From Candidatus Woesearchaeota archaeon (lineage in GTDB: Archaea; Nanobdellota; Nanobdellia; Pacearchaeales; GW2011-AR1), in the NCBI GenBank assembly GCA_964578845.1, contig CAZOEF010000001.1, forward strand, positions 276,820 to 340,819: DNA of 64,000 bases, given 5' to 3'. The notes under the pieces are model-generated. The model made no database searches. It was not told the DNA's origin and saw only the letters and a program-made list of their open reading frames with translations. The translations under genes and the position numbers were made by a program. Below are positions 53,714-61,541 of the stretch, one piece after another; the first letter of the stretch is position 1, and each line of letters opens with the position of its first letter.

Positions 53714-53743
53714 CTTATAAATATTTATGAAATAGACGAGACC

Positions 53744-54427
53744 TTACTTCTTCTTAGCTTCAGGTTTCTTTGCATCTTTAGCGCTAGCAGGTGCAGCAGT
53801 CGCAGGAGCAGCCGCGGCAGCCTCAGCTTTAGCAGCATCTTCAGCAGCTTTCGCCTCAAGGGCAGCTTTCGCAGCAGCCTGCTGTTTATTGCTAAGATCC
53901 TTAAAGAAGTTGTCAAGCTCTGCTAATTTCTCTGGAGAAGCTTCTGTTTTCTCATTCTTAATCTCGTCATCATATCTTCCAGCATTTACTTCCTCAGTTA
54001 CTTTCTGAGGTAATTTGCTTTCTACCAGTATCCCTAATGATACGCATGAACCTAGAGTAAGATTGACGGCAGCTTTCAAATCCTTAGCCAACATATTAGG
54101 CATCTTTGTCCTTGCTATTCCTATAATCTGTTCGATCGCAAGATTTCCTACTTTTGTCTTTCCTGCGTCGCCTGCGGCCTTTTCCAATTTTAATTCCTTT
54201 TTCAGCATCTCTGAAACTGGAGGTGATGAAACTGAAATAGCATAATTCTTTGTTTTAGGATCAACATCTAGTTCAACAGGGACTTTCATTCCCTTGAATC
54301 CGGAAGTTGCCTTATTTACATCTTCAATTACCTTTCCAAGATTTATTCCCATAGGGCCTAATTGCTGAGCTACAGCTGGTCCTGGCTTCATGCTTCCCCC
54401 CTCAACTATTAATTTAATAACCGGCAT
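53744..54427 (-). CDS. rpl11: 50S ribosomal protein L11 (uL11) with a ~65-aa Ala/Lys-rich C-terminal extension
   Basis: The N-terminus IKLIVEGGSMKPGPAVAQQLGPMGINLGKVIEDVNKAT is classic uL11. The tail is ...QQAAAKAALEAKAAEDAAKAEAAAAAPATAAPASAKDAKKPEAKKK. Confidence 0.9.
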   Translation of the reverse strand: MPVIKLIVEGGSMKPGPAVAQQLGPMGINLGKVIEDVNKATSGFKGMKVPVELDVDPKTKNYAISVSSPPVSEMLKKELKLEKAAGDAGKTKVGNLAIEQIIGIARTKMPNMLAKDLKAAVNLTLGSCVSLGILVESKLPQKVTEEVNAGRYDDEIKNEKTEASPEKLAELDNFFKDLSNKQQAAAKAALEAKAAEDAAKAEAAAAAPATAAPASAKDAKKPEAKKK

Positions 54428-54914
54428 CGTCTAAATCGTCCTCGTATTTATCCTTGTCTTCATCCTCTTCTGCTTCTTCCTCTCTCCTTATAACTCTTAC
54501 GTTGTCAATCTTGACTGTTACAGGGATAGGGACTGCTGCTCCGAGCAAGGACACTACAACTTCTCCTTTCTTCTTGTCTATTCTTATAACTTTCGCTTTT
54601 TCCTTCTTGAACTGGTCTGCAATCATCTCGACAATATCTCCAACTTCGATGTTGAAGTCCTCTACTTCAGGCTGAAGCATATTCTTTATCTCGTCGTAAG
54701 TTACAGTCTTTCCGACAATACCTTTCACATAGGGCAAGTTGAATGCTGATTCTTCAGCGGACTCTTTGTCTGCTGCTTCTAATATGATGTAGCCTCTAAG
54801 GCCGTGCGGTTTTACAACTGAGTAGACAGGAAGCTGTTTTTTTCCAGCTCGATCTATGATCATCTCCATCGCCCTGGCTTCCTTGTTTGTTGTGACTTTT
54901 ATTATAAAGATCAT
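54414..54914 (-). CDS. spt5: transcription elongation factor Spt5 (NusG homologue) with acidic C-terminal tail
   Basis: NGN domain MIFIIKVTTNKE..., KOW domain GDIVEMIADQFKKEKAKVIRIDKKKGEVVVSL, and tail EEEAEEDEDKDKYEDDLDDAGY. Confidence 0.9.
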   Translation of the reverse strand: MIFIIKVTTNKEARAMEMIIDRAGKKQLPVYSVVKPHGLRGYIILEAADKESAEESAFNLPYVKGIVGKTVTYDEIKNMLQPEVEDFNIEVGDIVEMIADQFKKEKAKVIRIDKKKGEVVVSLLGAAVPIPVTVKIDNVRVIRREEEAEEDEDKDKYEDDLDDAGY

Positions 54915-54988
54915 TGGCTTTCAGCTACCTCAAGATTTACTAGAAGTAGTAATTTTAAACATTTTGCAGGGTATATAAAGATTACGAT

Positions 54989-55111
54989 TCAAGAGTATGA
55001 ATTCTCTTTATCCCAGTCCTTCAGGCACTCGATTGAACAGAAGGCAAAATTTTCCTCTTCGGCATTTATTTGGAGATGTGCGGGACAGTCACATAATTCA
55101 CAAGACTTCAT
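54989..55111 (-). CDS. possible 40-aa TRASH/zf-FCS-like small zinc-binding protein
   Basis: My translation is MKSCELCDCPAHLQINAEEENFAFCSIECLKDWDKENSYS. The C-x2-C ... FCS-x2-C layout resembles TRASH/YHS-type domains. It fills the gap between secE and spt5. Confidence 0.35.
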   Translation of the reverse strand: MKSCELCDCPAHLQINAEEENFAFCSIECLKDWDKENSYS

Positions 55112-55162
55112 CTTCTAACCTCATTTTAATAGAATTAATTTGTGGATTATATAAAATCTTGC

Positions 55163-55336
55163 CTAACCGAGAAAAGTGTTCATTATTATTGAAATAAGAA
55201 ATCCGACTAGACCGAGTGCTAAAATTCCTAATGCTGACACTTTGGAGACAGTCTTAAATTCTGTTGAAGACGGCTTTTTCAATATCTTCCATACCCTTAT
55301 GGATTGTGTTATGAAAGATTTCAATTTTTTATGCAT
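55163..55336 (-). CDS. secE: protein translocase subunit SecE / Sec61-gamma
   Basis: Below the ORF-track cutoff. My translation is MHKKLKSFITQSIRVWKILKKPSSTEFKTVSKVSALGILALGLVGFLISIIMNTFLG. This is the typical KP-x2-EF plus single TM helix, and it sits upstream of spt5 as in the conserved cluster. Confidence 0.8.
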   Translation of the reverse strand: MHKKLKSFITQSIRVWKILKKPSSTEFKTVSKVSALGILALGLVGFLISIIMNTFLG

Positions 55337-55366
55337 GATGATAATATCAATAAGGAGTTTTTAAAA

Positions 55367-55786
55367 TTAGTGATTGGTTTGATTTAATATTCCATAGACT
55401 AGCGGAAGATTATTTATGATATCCTCATAATGCAGCACTTCAAGTCCCTTTTCTTCGAACCATTGCTTCTCTTTATTGCAGCCACTCGATTTTTCCCAGC
55501 CAGGAGCTAAAATAATCCCCTTGAAATCGGTCTTATCAAAAAACATCCTATCAAGCTTCATCCATAATTCATATTCCTTATTCTCCATAAATTCTGAATC
55601 ATTAACGTGAATAGGATGGGTATGTATTATAGGACAGCAAACCATCACTCCTCTTTTTATCAATTCGGCAGACCTTTTAATAGAAAGTTCAAAATTATTT
55701 TTCTCTCCTTCTGGATCGATATTTCCCTCTGGGTCTTTAGAAGTGTAAGGGTGAGCAAAGTAGTACAAAGCACCTAAGTCAATCAT
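55367..55786 (-). CDS. DUF1937/DUF4406-like protein (nucleoside 2-deoxyribosyltransferase-like fold)
   Basis: LYYFAHPYTS...ELIKRGVMVCCPIIHTHP...GIILAPGWEKSSGCNKEKQW resembles that family. Call made from memory only. Confidence 0.45.
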   Translation of the reverse strand: MIDLGALYYFAHPYTSKDPEGNIDPEGEKNNFELSIKRSAELIKRGVMVCCPIIHTHPIHVNDSEFMENKEYELWMKLDRMFFDKTDFKGIILAPGWEKSSGCNKEKQWFEEKGLEVLHYEDIINNLPLVYGILNQTNH

Positions 55787-55820
55787 TAATTAATCATATA
55801 AGGACTATTTTTAAAATTAC

Positions 55821-56909
55821 TCATTCCAGAAAGCTGATTCCAAGCTCATCCTCTAATTGAGCCTCTTTAGATTTTTTCAGGCTGAAATCACTTCCTAAAA
55901 TCTGGTTGCTCTGAACGCCTGTGACTATCAGCATCACCTTGATCGATTTTTCCATATCATCAGATATTTTAGCGCCAGAGATAATCTTTGCATCCTGAGA
56001 AATCTTGCTTCCGATAGTTTCCATTACTACTTTGTATTCTTCTAAAGACATATCTGGCCCGCCAATGACATTAACTAAAGCGCCTTTGGCATTCTTGATG
56101 TCGACATCTAGCAATGGATTATTTATTGCCCTATTTACTGCTTCCATAGCCCTGTTCTGTGCGTTATCGGCTTCCCCTATTCCGATCAAAGAAGCGCCTC
56201 CATTTGACATAACTGCCTTTACGTCTGCGAAATCCAAGTTCACTAAACCTGATGAAGTTATGAGTTCTGCAATTCCCTTTACTGCATTAGTCAATATCTC
56301 ATCAGCGACCTTGAATGCTGTATGTAGTGGCAATTCAGGAGCTAATTCTAATAACTTATCATTGGGTATTACAATCAAAGTATCTGCTATAGCTTCCATT
56401 CTTTCCAGGCCGTATTGTGCGTTTTCTATTCTTTTCTGGCCTTCAACAGTGAATGGCAATGTGACTACTCCGATTGTCAAAGCTCCTTGCTTTTTAGCTA
56501 GCTCTGCTACTACTGGGGCACAGCCTGTTCCTGTTCCTCCACCTAGACCGCAAGTGATAAAGACCATGTCAGAATTAGCTAGTTTCTTCCTTATTTCCTG
56601 CTCTGATTCCCTTGCAGCTTCCTCTCCTATTTTTGGATTGGAACCTGCTCCTAAGCCGTGAGTCAATTCTCTTCCTATCAATATTTTATGGTCAACATTA
56701 GTGTACAATAAATCCTGTGCATCAGTGTTCATCGCTATGACTTCACAGCCTTTTATTCCGATTTCCCTCATTCTTGAGACAGAGTTTCCGCCTCCTCCGC
56801 CGCATCCTACGACTTTTATCCTTGTTGATTGGGTCTGAAGCAAACTCTCTAATTCTTGATCGATAGAAGCAGTACTACTAGCCCCTTTTTCAAAAGATAT
56901 ATCTACCAT
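55821..56909 (-). CDS. ftsZ: cell division GTPase FtsZ
   Basis: Tubulin signature GGGTGTGCAPV. NTDAQDL. 362 aa. Confidence 0.95.
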   Translation of the reverse strand: MVDISFEKGASSTASIDQELESLLQTQSTRIKVVGCGGGGGNSVSRMREIGIKGCEVIAMNTDAQDLLYTNVDHKILIGRELTHGLGAGSNPKIGEEAARESEQEIRKKLANSDMVFITCGLGGGTGTGCAPVVAELAKKQGALTIGVVTLPFTVEGQKRIENAQYGLERMEAIADTLIVIPNDKLLELAPELPLHTAFKVADEILTNAVKGIAELITSSGLVNLDFADVKAVMSNGGASLIGIGEADNAQNRAMEAVNRAINNPLLDVDIKNAKGALVNVIGGPDMSLEEYKVVMETIGSKISQDAKIISGAKISDDMEKSIKVMLIVTGVQSNQILGSDFSLKKSKEAQLEDELGISFLE

Positions 56910-56929
56910 TGATTAAACAATTGTGACGC

Positions 56930-56937
56930 ATTTATAA
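56930..56937 (-). promoter_or_regulatory. TATA box (TTATAAAT on the minus strand) about 26 nt upstream of the ftsZ ATG; implies a leaderless mRNA
   Basis: The minus strand reads TTCTTATAAATGCGTCACAATTGTTTAATC-ATG. The box partly overlaps the first unit of the 101-bp tandem repeat (which starts at 56934). Confidence 0.45.
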
Positions 56938-57262
56938 GAATTGCTGTAGTGATATAGCGAAGATTTCTATTGGGGAAAAATGATACTTTTTGAGTCAATT
57001 CTTAAACCGCTCGCTTCTCACGAAGCTTCAGATTATAAGAATTGCTGTAGTGATATAGCGAAGATTTCAGTTGTAAAAAAATAAGACTTTTATGGCTCAA
57101 TTCTTAAACCGCTCTCTTCTCACGAAGCTTCGGATTATAAGAATTGCTGTAGTGATATAGCGAAGATTTCTATTGGGGAAAAATGATACTTTTTGAGTCA
57201 ATTCTTAAACCGCTCGCTTCTCACGAAGCTTCAGATTATAAGAATTGCTGTAGTGATATAGA
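56934..57262. repeat. tandem repeat of a 101-102-bp unit, 3.3 copies, between ftsZ start and the FKBP gene stop
   Basis: Units lie at 56934-57034, 57035-57136 and 57137-57237, with a partial unit from 57238. Units 1 and 3 are identical. Unit 2 differs mainly in a ~30-bp core. Each unit carries the hairpin GCTTC-TCAC-GAAGC and a TTCTTATAA box on the minus strand. Confidence 0.95.
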
Positions 57263-57268
57263 AGAGAT

Positions 57269-57931
57269 TTAATTAGTAGAATTCTCTTGTGTCTCTTTCT
57301 TCTCTTCAACCTCTTTAAAACCTAGCTCAGCTCCAACTAATTTCTTGAATTGCTCCTTGAAAGCATTGACTAGGCCTTCAAATGGCTTAGGGCCTTTAAT
57401 CAAAACCTTATCGCCCTCGACTTCTAATTCAGGAACGTGCCTTAATGTCGCCTGGAAGAAAGCCTCTGATTTTTCCTTCAGGTCTGTGACTATCCTGATT
57501 ATTTTGAACTTATATTCGATATCTTTTCCTGCAAGAGGATTATTGAAATCTGTTATGACTCTAGCTCCAGAGACAGTGATGACTTTAGCTAAATGATTAT
57601 CCAGCAACAATGAAACTCCCGGACGAGGATTTATTTTTTGAGATGTGAAAACCTTAAGAGGTATTGTTTTTACTAAATCTCTCTTCCTTTCCCCGAATCC
57701 TTCTTTGTAAGTCAATGATATTTTATATTCCTGGTTCAATTCTTTATCTTCCAAGGCCTTGTCTAAGCCCGGGACAACCATCTTCTCACCGATAACTATT
57801 ATATTCTTCTCAGGTGCAGCCTTAGGATCTAATTGCTTAAGGTCTTCAGCTATATTTGAATCGAAGACTTTTCCGTCATAGTATCCTGTGAATTCTATCT
57901 CAACAAAATCGCCTTTTTTTGTTTTTATCAT
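57269..57931 (-). CDS. FKBP-type peptidyl-prolyl cis-trans isomerase (SlyD-like, long archaeal form)
   Basis: KGDFVEIEFTGYYDGKVFDSN..., an IF-insert and a C-terminal domain. 220 aa. Confidence 0.85.
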   Translation of the reverse strand: MIKTKKGDFVEIEFTGYYDGKVFDSNIAEDLKQLDPKAAPEKNIIVIGEKMVVPGLDKALEDKELNQEYKISLTYKEGFGERKRDLVKTIPLKVFTSQKINPRPGVSLLLDNHLAKVITVSGARVITDFNNPLAGKDIEYKFKIIRIVTDLKEKSEAFFQATLRHVPELEVEGDKVLIKGPKPFEGLVNAFKEQFKKLVGAELGFKEVEEKKETQENSTN

Positions 57932-57982
57932 CCAAACCCTCGGATGAGAAGTTTTATAAACGTTTTTAATTTGTCTGCATTA

Positions 57983-58372
57983 ATGGTTTTGAAATTAATC
58001 AGCGCAACAGCAGCCAAACCCGGCACTACAATACTATGGGAAAACGTTCCATGCACTGTCAAGTCTAATGACATCAGCAAGACAGGAAAACATGGCCATG
58101 CTAAATGCCGAATGGAAGTTGTAGGCGTATTCGACGGAAAAAAGCGAATCGGAGTGGTCCCTGGAGAGGAAAAAATAGAAGTCCCAATGGTTGAGAAGAG
58201 AAAGGCCCAAGTATTGAGCGTTTCAGAAACCACTGCAAGTGTAATGGACCTAGAGAGCTTTGAGACAATAGATTTAGCATTTGATGAAAGCGTCAAGGAT
58301 CAGTTAGCAGAGGAAAAGCAGGTCGAATACTGGGATATTGAAGGAACTAAATGTATAATGAGAGTATTATAA
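57983..58372 (+). CDS. eif5a: translation initiation factor 5A (aIF5A)
   Basis: Hypusine loop SKTGKHGHAKCR. Start set at MVLKLISATAAKPG to match the usual length of about 130 aa. Confidence 0.9.
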   Translation: MVLKLISATAAKPGTTILWENVPCTVKSNDISKTGKHGHAKCRMEVVGVFDGKKRIGVVPGEEKIEVPMVEKRKAQVLSVSETTASVMDLESFETIDLAFDESVKDQLAEEKQVEYWDIEGTKCIMRVL

Positions 58373-58373
58373 G

Positions 58374-58544
58374 ATGGCAACACAAATACCTGCCGCTAAA
58401 ACCAGACTGTTCAAGAATGTCTTTGTCTGTAAGAATTGCGGCCAGAAGATGAGGACAGATTCACTGAAAGTTATAGCGAAGACTGTGAAATGCAGAAGAT
58501 GCCAGAAAAAGAGTTTTAGACCTATCAAGTCTAAGAAGAAGTAA
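58374..58544 (+). CDS. rpl40e: 50S ribosomal protein L40e (eL40)
   Basis: Below the ORF-track cutoff. My translation is MATQIPAAKTRLFKNVFVCKNCGQKMRTDSLKVIAKTVKCRRCQKKSFRPIKSKKK, a CxxC...CxxC zinc ribbon typical of L40e. Confidence 0.8.
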   Translation: MATQIPAAKTRLFKNVFVCKNCGQKMRTDSLKVIAKTVKCRRCQKKSFRPIKSKKK

Positions 58545-59954
58545 ATGGTTAGTTTTATTGTGTATGACTTAATATTTATGGCTTTATTCGCGTTAATGGC
58601 GATTTTCTTGTTGCATAAACATCGAAAGAACCTCAAGAGGCAGGGATGGATATTTCTTTACCATAGCAAATTCGGACTGAAATTCATCGACTGGACTGCA
58701 AAGAAATTCGAGAAAATACTAAAGCCATTACAGTACCTGATAATCACTTCAGGTTATATATTGATGATCTCAATCTTATACGTGATGATATTATCTGTTT
58801 ATAGGTATATCACTTCCCCGATACCAAAGGAACTCCAGAGTGTCCCGCCTATAGCACCATTGATACCTTATTTCCCTGCAATATTCAATCTAGAGTCTAT
58901 TTTCCCTCCATTATACTTCACTTATTTCTTAGTAGCTCTAGCTATCGTCGCAGTATCGCATGAATTTTCGCATGGGATAATTGCAAGGCTGAACAAGATA
59001 AAAGTGAAGACAACAGGATTAGCATTCTTTGGCCCGTTCTTTGGGGCTTTTGTTGAACCTGATGAGAAGCAGATGAATAAGTCAAAGAAATTCGTACAAT
59101 TAAGCATTTTAGCTGCAGGAACATTCGCAAATGTGTTGATGACGGTCTTATTCGGATTATTATTATGGGGATTCTTTGCTATGGCATTTGCTCCTGTTGG
59201 AGTGAATTTCAATGCATATCCGCAGGCAGAGATAAGCACTAATTTCATAACTCATGTAGATGGTGTTCCAATCGACGAAATCGCAAATATATCTGAACTT
59301 GGGGATGACCTTGTCAAGATAACTGCGGGCAACGAGACTTTCTTCGCCCCTGGAAGTTTATTGGTCAGGGCTGCGCAGATGGATGCGGAAAAGATAATTG
59401 TTTTTGAGGACGCTCCTGCTGTAAGGAACCAGTTGCGCGGACCGATAAGCGAGATAAATGGAGAGAAAATGACTTCGGTCGAAGAGTTAAGAACCACTAT
59501 AAGCAGTTTTGAACCAGGGGAAACAATAGAGATAGTCTCACTAGGAGAGGATGATGAAAGAATCACTAAAGAAATTACACTGGACGACAGAGATGGAACT
59601 GCTTATTTAGGAATAGGATTCCTGGAGCCAAGAAGAGGGGTTGTTAGCGGAATACTTTATTCAGCTATATCTAGTGTGAAGGATCCATTAGTACATTACG
59701 AGCCAGTTCTCGACGGAGATTTTGTAATGTTCATCTATGACCTATTGTGGTGGATAGTTGTGATAAACATATTAGTAGCATTATTCAATATGCTTCCTGT
59801 CTCAGTGCTTGATGGAGGAAGATTCTTCTACCTGACAATTTTAGGGATAACAGGAAAGGAAAAATTCGCCAAGAAAGCGTTCTCGTTCATGACGTGGTTT
59901 ATTATTGGATTGCTTGTGTTAATGATGGTCCGATGGATATTTGTTTTCTTCTAA
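58545..59954 (+). CDS. site-2 protease family (M50) intramembrane zinc metalloprotease with PDZ insert
   Basis: HEFSHGIIA (HExxH) and FNMLPVSVLDGG (NxxPxxxLDG) lie in TM segments. A PDZ-like region sits between them. Confidence 0.85.
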   Translation: MVSFIVYDLIFMALFALMAIFLLHKHRKNLKRQGWIFLYHSKFGLKFIDWTAKKFEKILKPLQYLIITSGYILMISILYVMILSVYRYITSPIPKELQSVPPIAPLIPYFPAIFNLESIFPPLYFTYFLVALAIVAVSHEFSHGIIARLNKIKVKTTGLAFFGPFFGAFVEPDEKQMNKSKKFVQLSILAAGTFANVLMTVLFGLLLWGFFAMAFAPVGVNFNAYPQAEISTNFITHVDGVPIDEIANISELGDDLVKITAGNETFFAPGSLLVRAAQMDAEKIIVFEDAPAVRNQLRGPISEINGEKMTSVEELRTTISSFEPGETIEIVSLGEDDERITKEITLDDRDGTAYLGIGFLEPRRGVVSGILYSAISSVKDPLVHYEPVLDGDFVMFIYDLLWWIVVINILVALFNMLPVSVLDGGRFFYLTILGITGKEKFAKKAFSFMTWFIIGLLVLMMVRWIFVFF

Positions 59955-60116
59955 TTGAAAATCAGGCAGCTTTGCAGTGACTTTTACTACTTTCGCAAAT
60001 CTGAGGTGTATTAAATCCTGCTCAGATATATCCTTCAGAATTATCTTAATTGTATTATGATCATCACCCTGCTTTTCAATGACTTTGCCAAAGAACCTTT
60101 TCACTTTCAGCTTCAC
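59919..60116 (-). CDS. hypothetical 65-aa protein
   Basis: ORF track only. Its 3' end overlaps the convergent S2P gene. Confidence 0.3.
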   Translation of the reverse strand: MKLKVKRFFGKVIEKQGDDHNTIKIILKDISEQDLIHLRFAKVVKVTAKLPDFQLEENKYPSDHH

Positions 60117-60211
60117 TAAATATGAAATTTGGCTAAGTATTTAATATTTGTTATAGATTGATTATAAATATAGAGTAAGCTTATTATTGATACATTGTTG
60201 TTCTGCACTTC

Positions 60212-60469
60212 ATGAAAGAAGAGCTGAAGAAAGTATCCTGGGTAAAGAGAGGGAAACAACGCAGGGAAATAATAGCTCATATGAAAGGCACACAGACACC
60301 AACTGAAATAGCGAAAAAATCAGGGTATTCATTAAACCATACTTCAAGAGTCTTGCGAGATTTTAAGAAAGAGGGGCTTGTGAAATTACATAATCCTAAA
60401 GACAAGACTGGAAGGCTATATGAGCTTACGCAGAAAGGGAAATATGTCAGGGACAAACTGGACGATTAA
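60212..60469 (+). CDS. small winged-helix (ArsR/MarR-like) DNA-binding protein
   Basis: RREIIAHMKGTQTPTEIAKKSGYSLNHTSRVLRDFKKEGLV...GRLYELTQKG. Confidence 0.65.
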   Translation: MKEELKKVSWVKRGKQRREIIAHMKGTQTPTEIAKKSGYSLNHTSRVLRDFKKEGLVKLHNPKDKTGRLYELTQKGKYVRDKLDD

Positions 60470-61137
60470 ATCAAACCGCTTTCCCTGAAGCTGAAATATT
60501 TTTTATCACCTATGATAATATGGTCAAGAAAATCTATTTCCAATAAATTTGATGCTCCTATAAGCTGCTTTGTTATTTCTAAGTCTTCGTCGCTAGGAGA
60601 AGGATCGCCTGATGGGTGATTATGAATAATTATTATCCCTGCTGCCCTTTCAGTTATCGCACTAGCCAATAATTCCCTAGGATGTATGACGGAGGAATTA
60701 AGGCTTCCGACAAAAATAGTCTGCTCTGAAATTATCCTTTTTCTGCTGTCAAGGTAGACAGCTTTTATATGCTCCTGCTGTAATGTTGACATTTCAGGAG
60801 AGAACAATTTTAGGATATCCTCTGGTGCATTAATCAGCTTCCTTTTTTCTTTTGTGAATGAAGAAAGCCTTCTTGCAAGCTCAAAGCAAGCTATTATCTG
60901 GCTGGCCTTTACATTTCCGATGCCATTAATATTTTCCAGTTCAGCCAATGACTTTCTTGATATTGACTTCAAGTCATATCTGCTTAATAATTTATTGGCT
61001 AAATCTATCACATTATTGTTTTTTGATCCCTGTCTTAAAATTAGCGCTAGAAGCTCTGAGTTGCTCAATGATTTTGGACCATACGCCTTCAGCCTTTCCC
61101 TGGGGCGATCCTCCTCTGAAAAGTCCTTTATCCTCAT
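60466..61137 (-). CDS. radC: RadC-like JAB/MPN domain protein
   Basis: N-terminal HhH region (ELLALILRQGS...LENINGIGNVKA). JAMM motif HNHPSGDPSPSDED. Confidence 0.9.
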   Translation of the reverse strand: MRIKDFSEEDRPRERLKAYGPKSLSNSELLALILRQGSKNNNVIDLANKLLSRYDLKSISRKSLAELENINGIGNVKASQIIACFELARRLSSFTKEKRKLINAPEDILKLFSPEMSTLQQEHIKAVYLDSRKRIISEQTIFVGSLNSSVIHPRELLASAITERAAGIIIIHNHPSGDPSPSDEDLEITKQLIGASNLLEIDFLDHIIIGDKKYFSFRESGLI

Positions 61138-61491
61138 TTAATTTATGAATTCAACGCCGTTCTTTGTGAAGACAACTAATCTTATACCTACAGGAACACT
61201 AAGCAATGCTGATATTAATGCCATATGCTCCTTTCCTGTGCCTGAAGCTATTGAGAGATTTGCGTCGAAGCCGGAGAATTTATTTTTTATTTTTTGCAGT
61301 AACTCGTTCTTTACCTCTGTAAGAGGTTTAGTGGTATCGATTATGATTGATTCAGCTGGTTTAGGCGAGGCATAAGTTGTTGAGTCCTGTGTTTTGACCA
61401 GGATTATCTTTTCCCACTCGCCTTTATTGATTAAACCGGTGACCTGTCCCCAGTTTTCCTTGTCCGATCCTAAGAATGCCACTAATTCCAT
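61138..61491 (-). CDS. hypothetical 117-aa alpha/beta protein immediately upstream of radC
   Basis: Zero-gap junction with radC. Alternating beta/alpha pattern with a SGTGKEHMAL loop. No secure family assignment. Confidence 0.5.
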   Translation of the reverse strand: MELVAFLGSDKENWGQVTGLINKGEWEKIILVKTQDSTTYASPKPAESIIIDTTKPLTEVKNELLQKIKNKFSGFDANLSIASGTGKEHMALISALLSVPVGIRLVVFTKNGVEFIN

Positions 61492-61541
61492 AACGAGGAA
61501 TAAATAATTAGATTTATAATGATTGTTGTTCTTTTTTACGT

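Noticed and set aside
53725-53916. A 63-aa alternative-frame ORF (Leu/Lys/Arg-rich) within the L11 3' extension.
   Set aside because: It is an out-of-frame reading of the GCA/GCT/AAG-rich tail. It has no independent start context. The L11 frame is continuous from the canonical N-domain.
56005-56661. A 218-aa plus-strand ORF opposite ftsZ.
   Set aside because: The minus frame encodes an unmistakable FtsZ (GGGTGTG). The antisense frame is Ser/Ala/Pro-rich with no motif.
56934-57262. Possible CRISPR array: a regular ~101-bp periodicity with a conserved part and a variable ~30-bp part.
   Set aside because: The conserved part is about 71 bp, far longer than CRISPR repeats. Two of the three 'spacers' are identical, and the third is a diverged homologue rather than unrelated sequence. 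No cas genes are in the window. It is kept as a tandem repeat.
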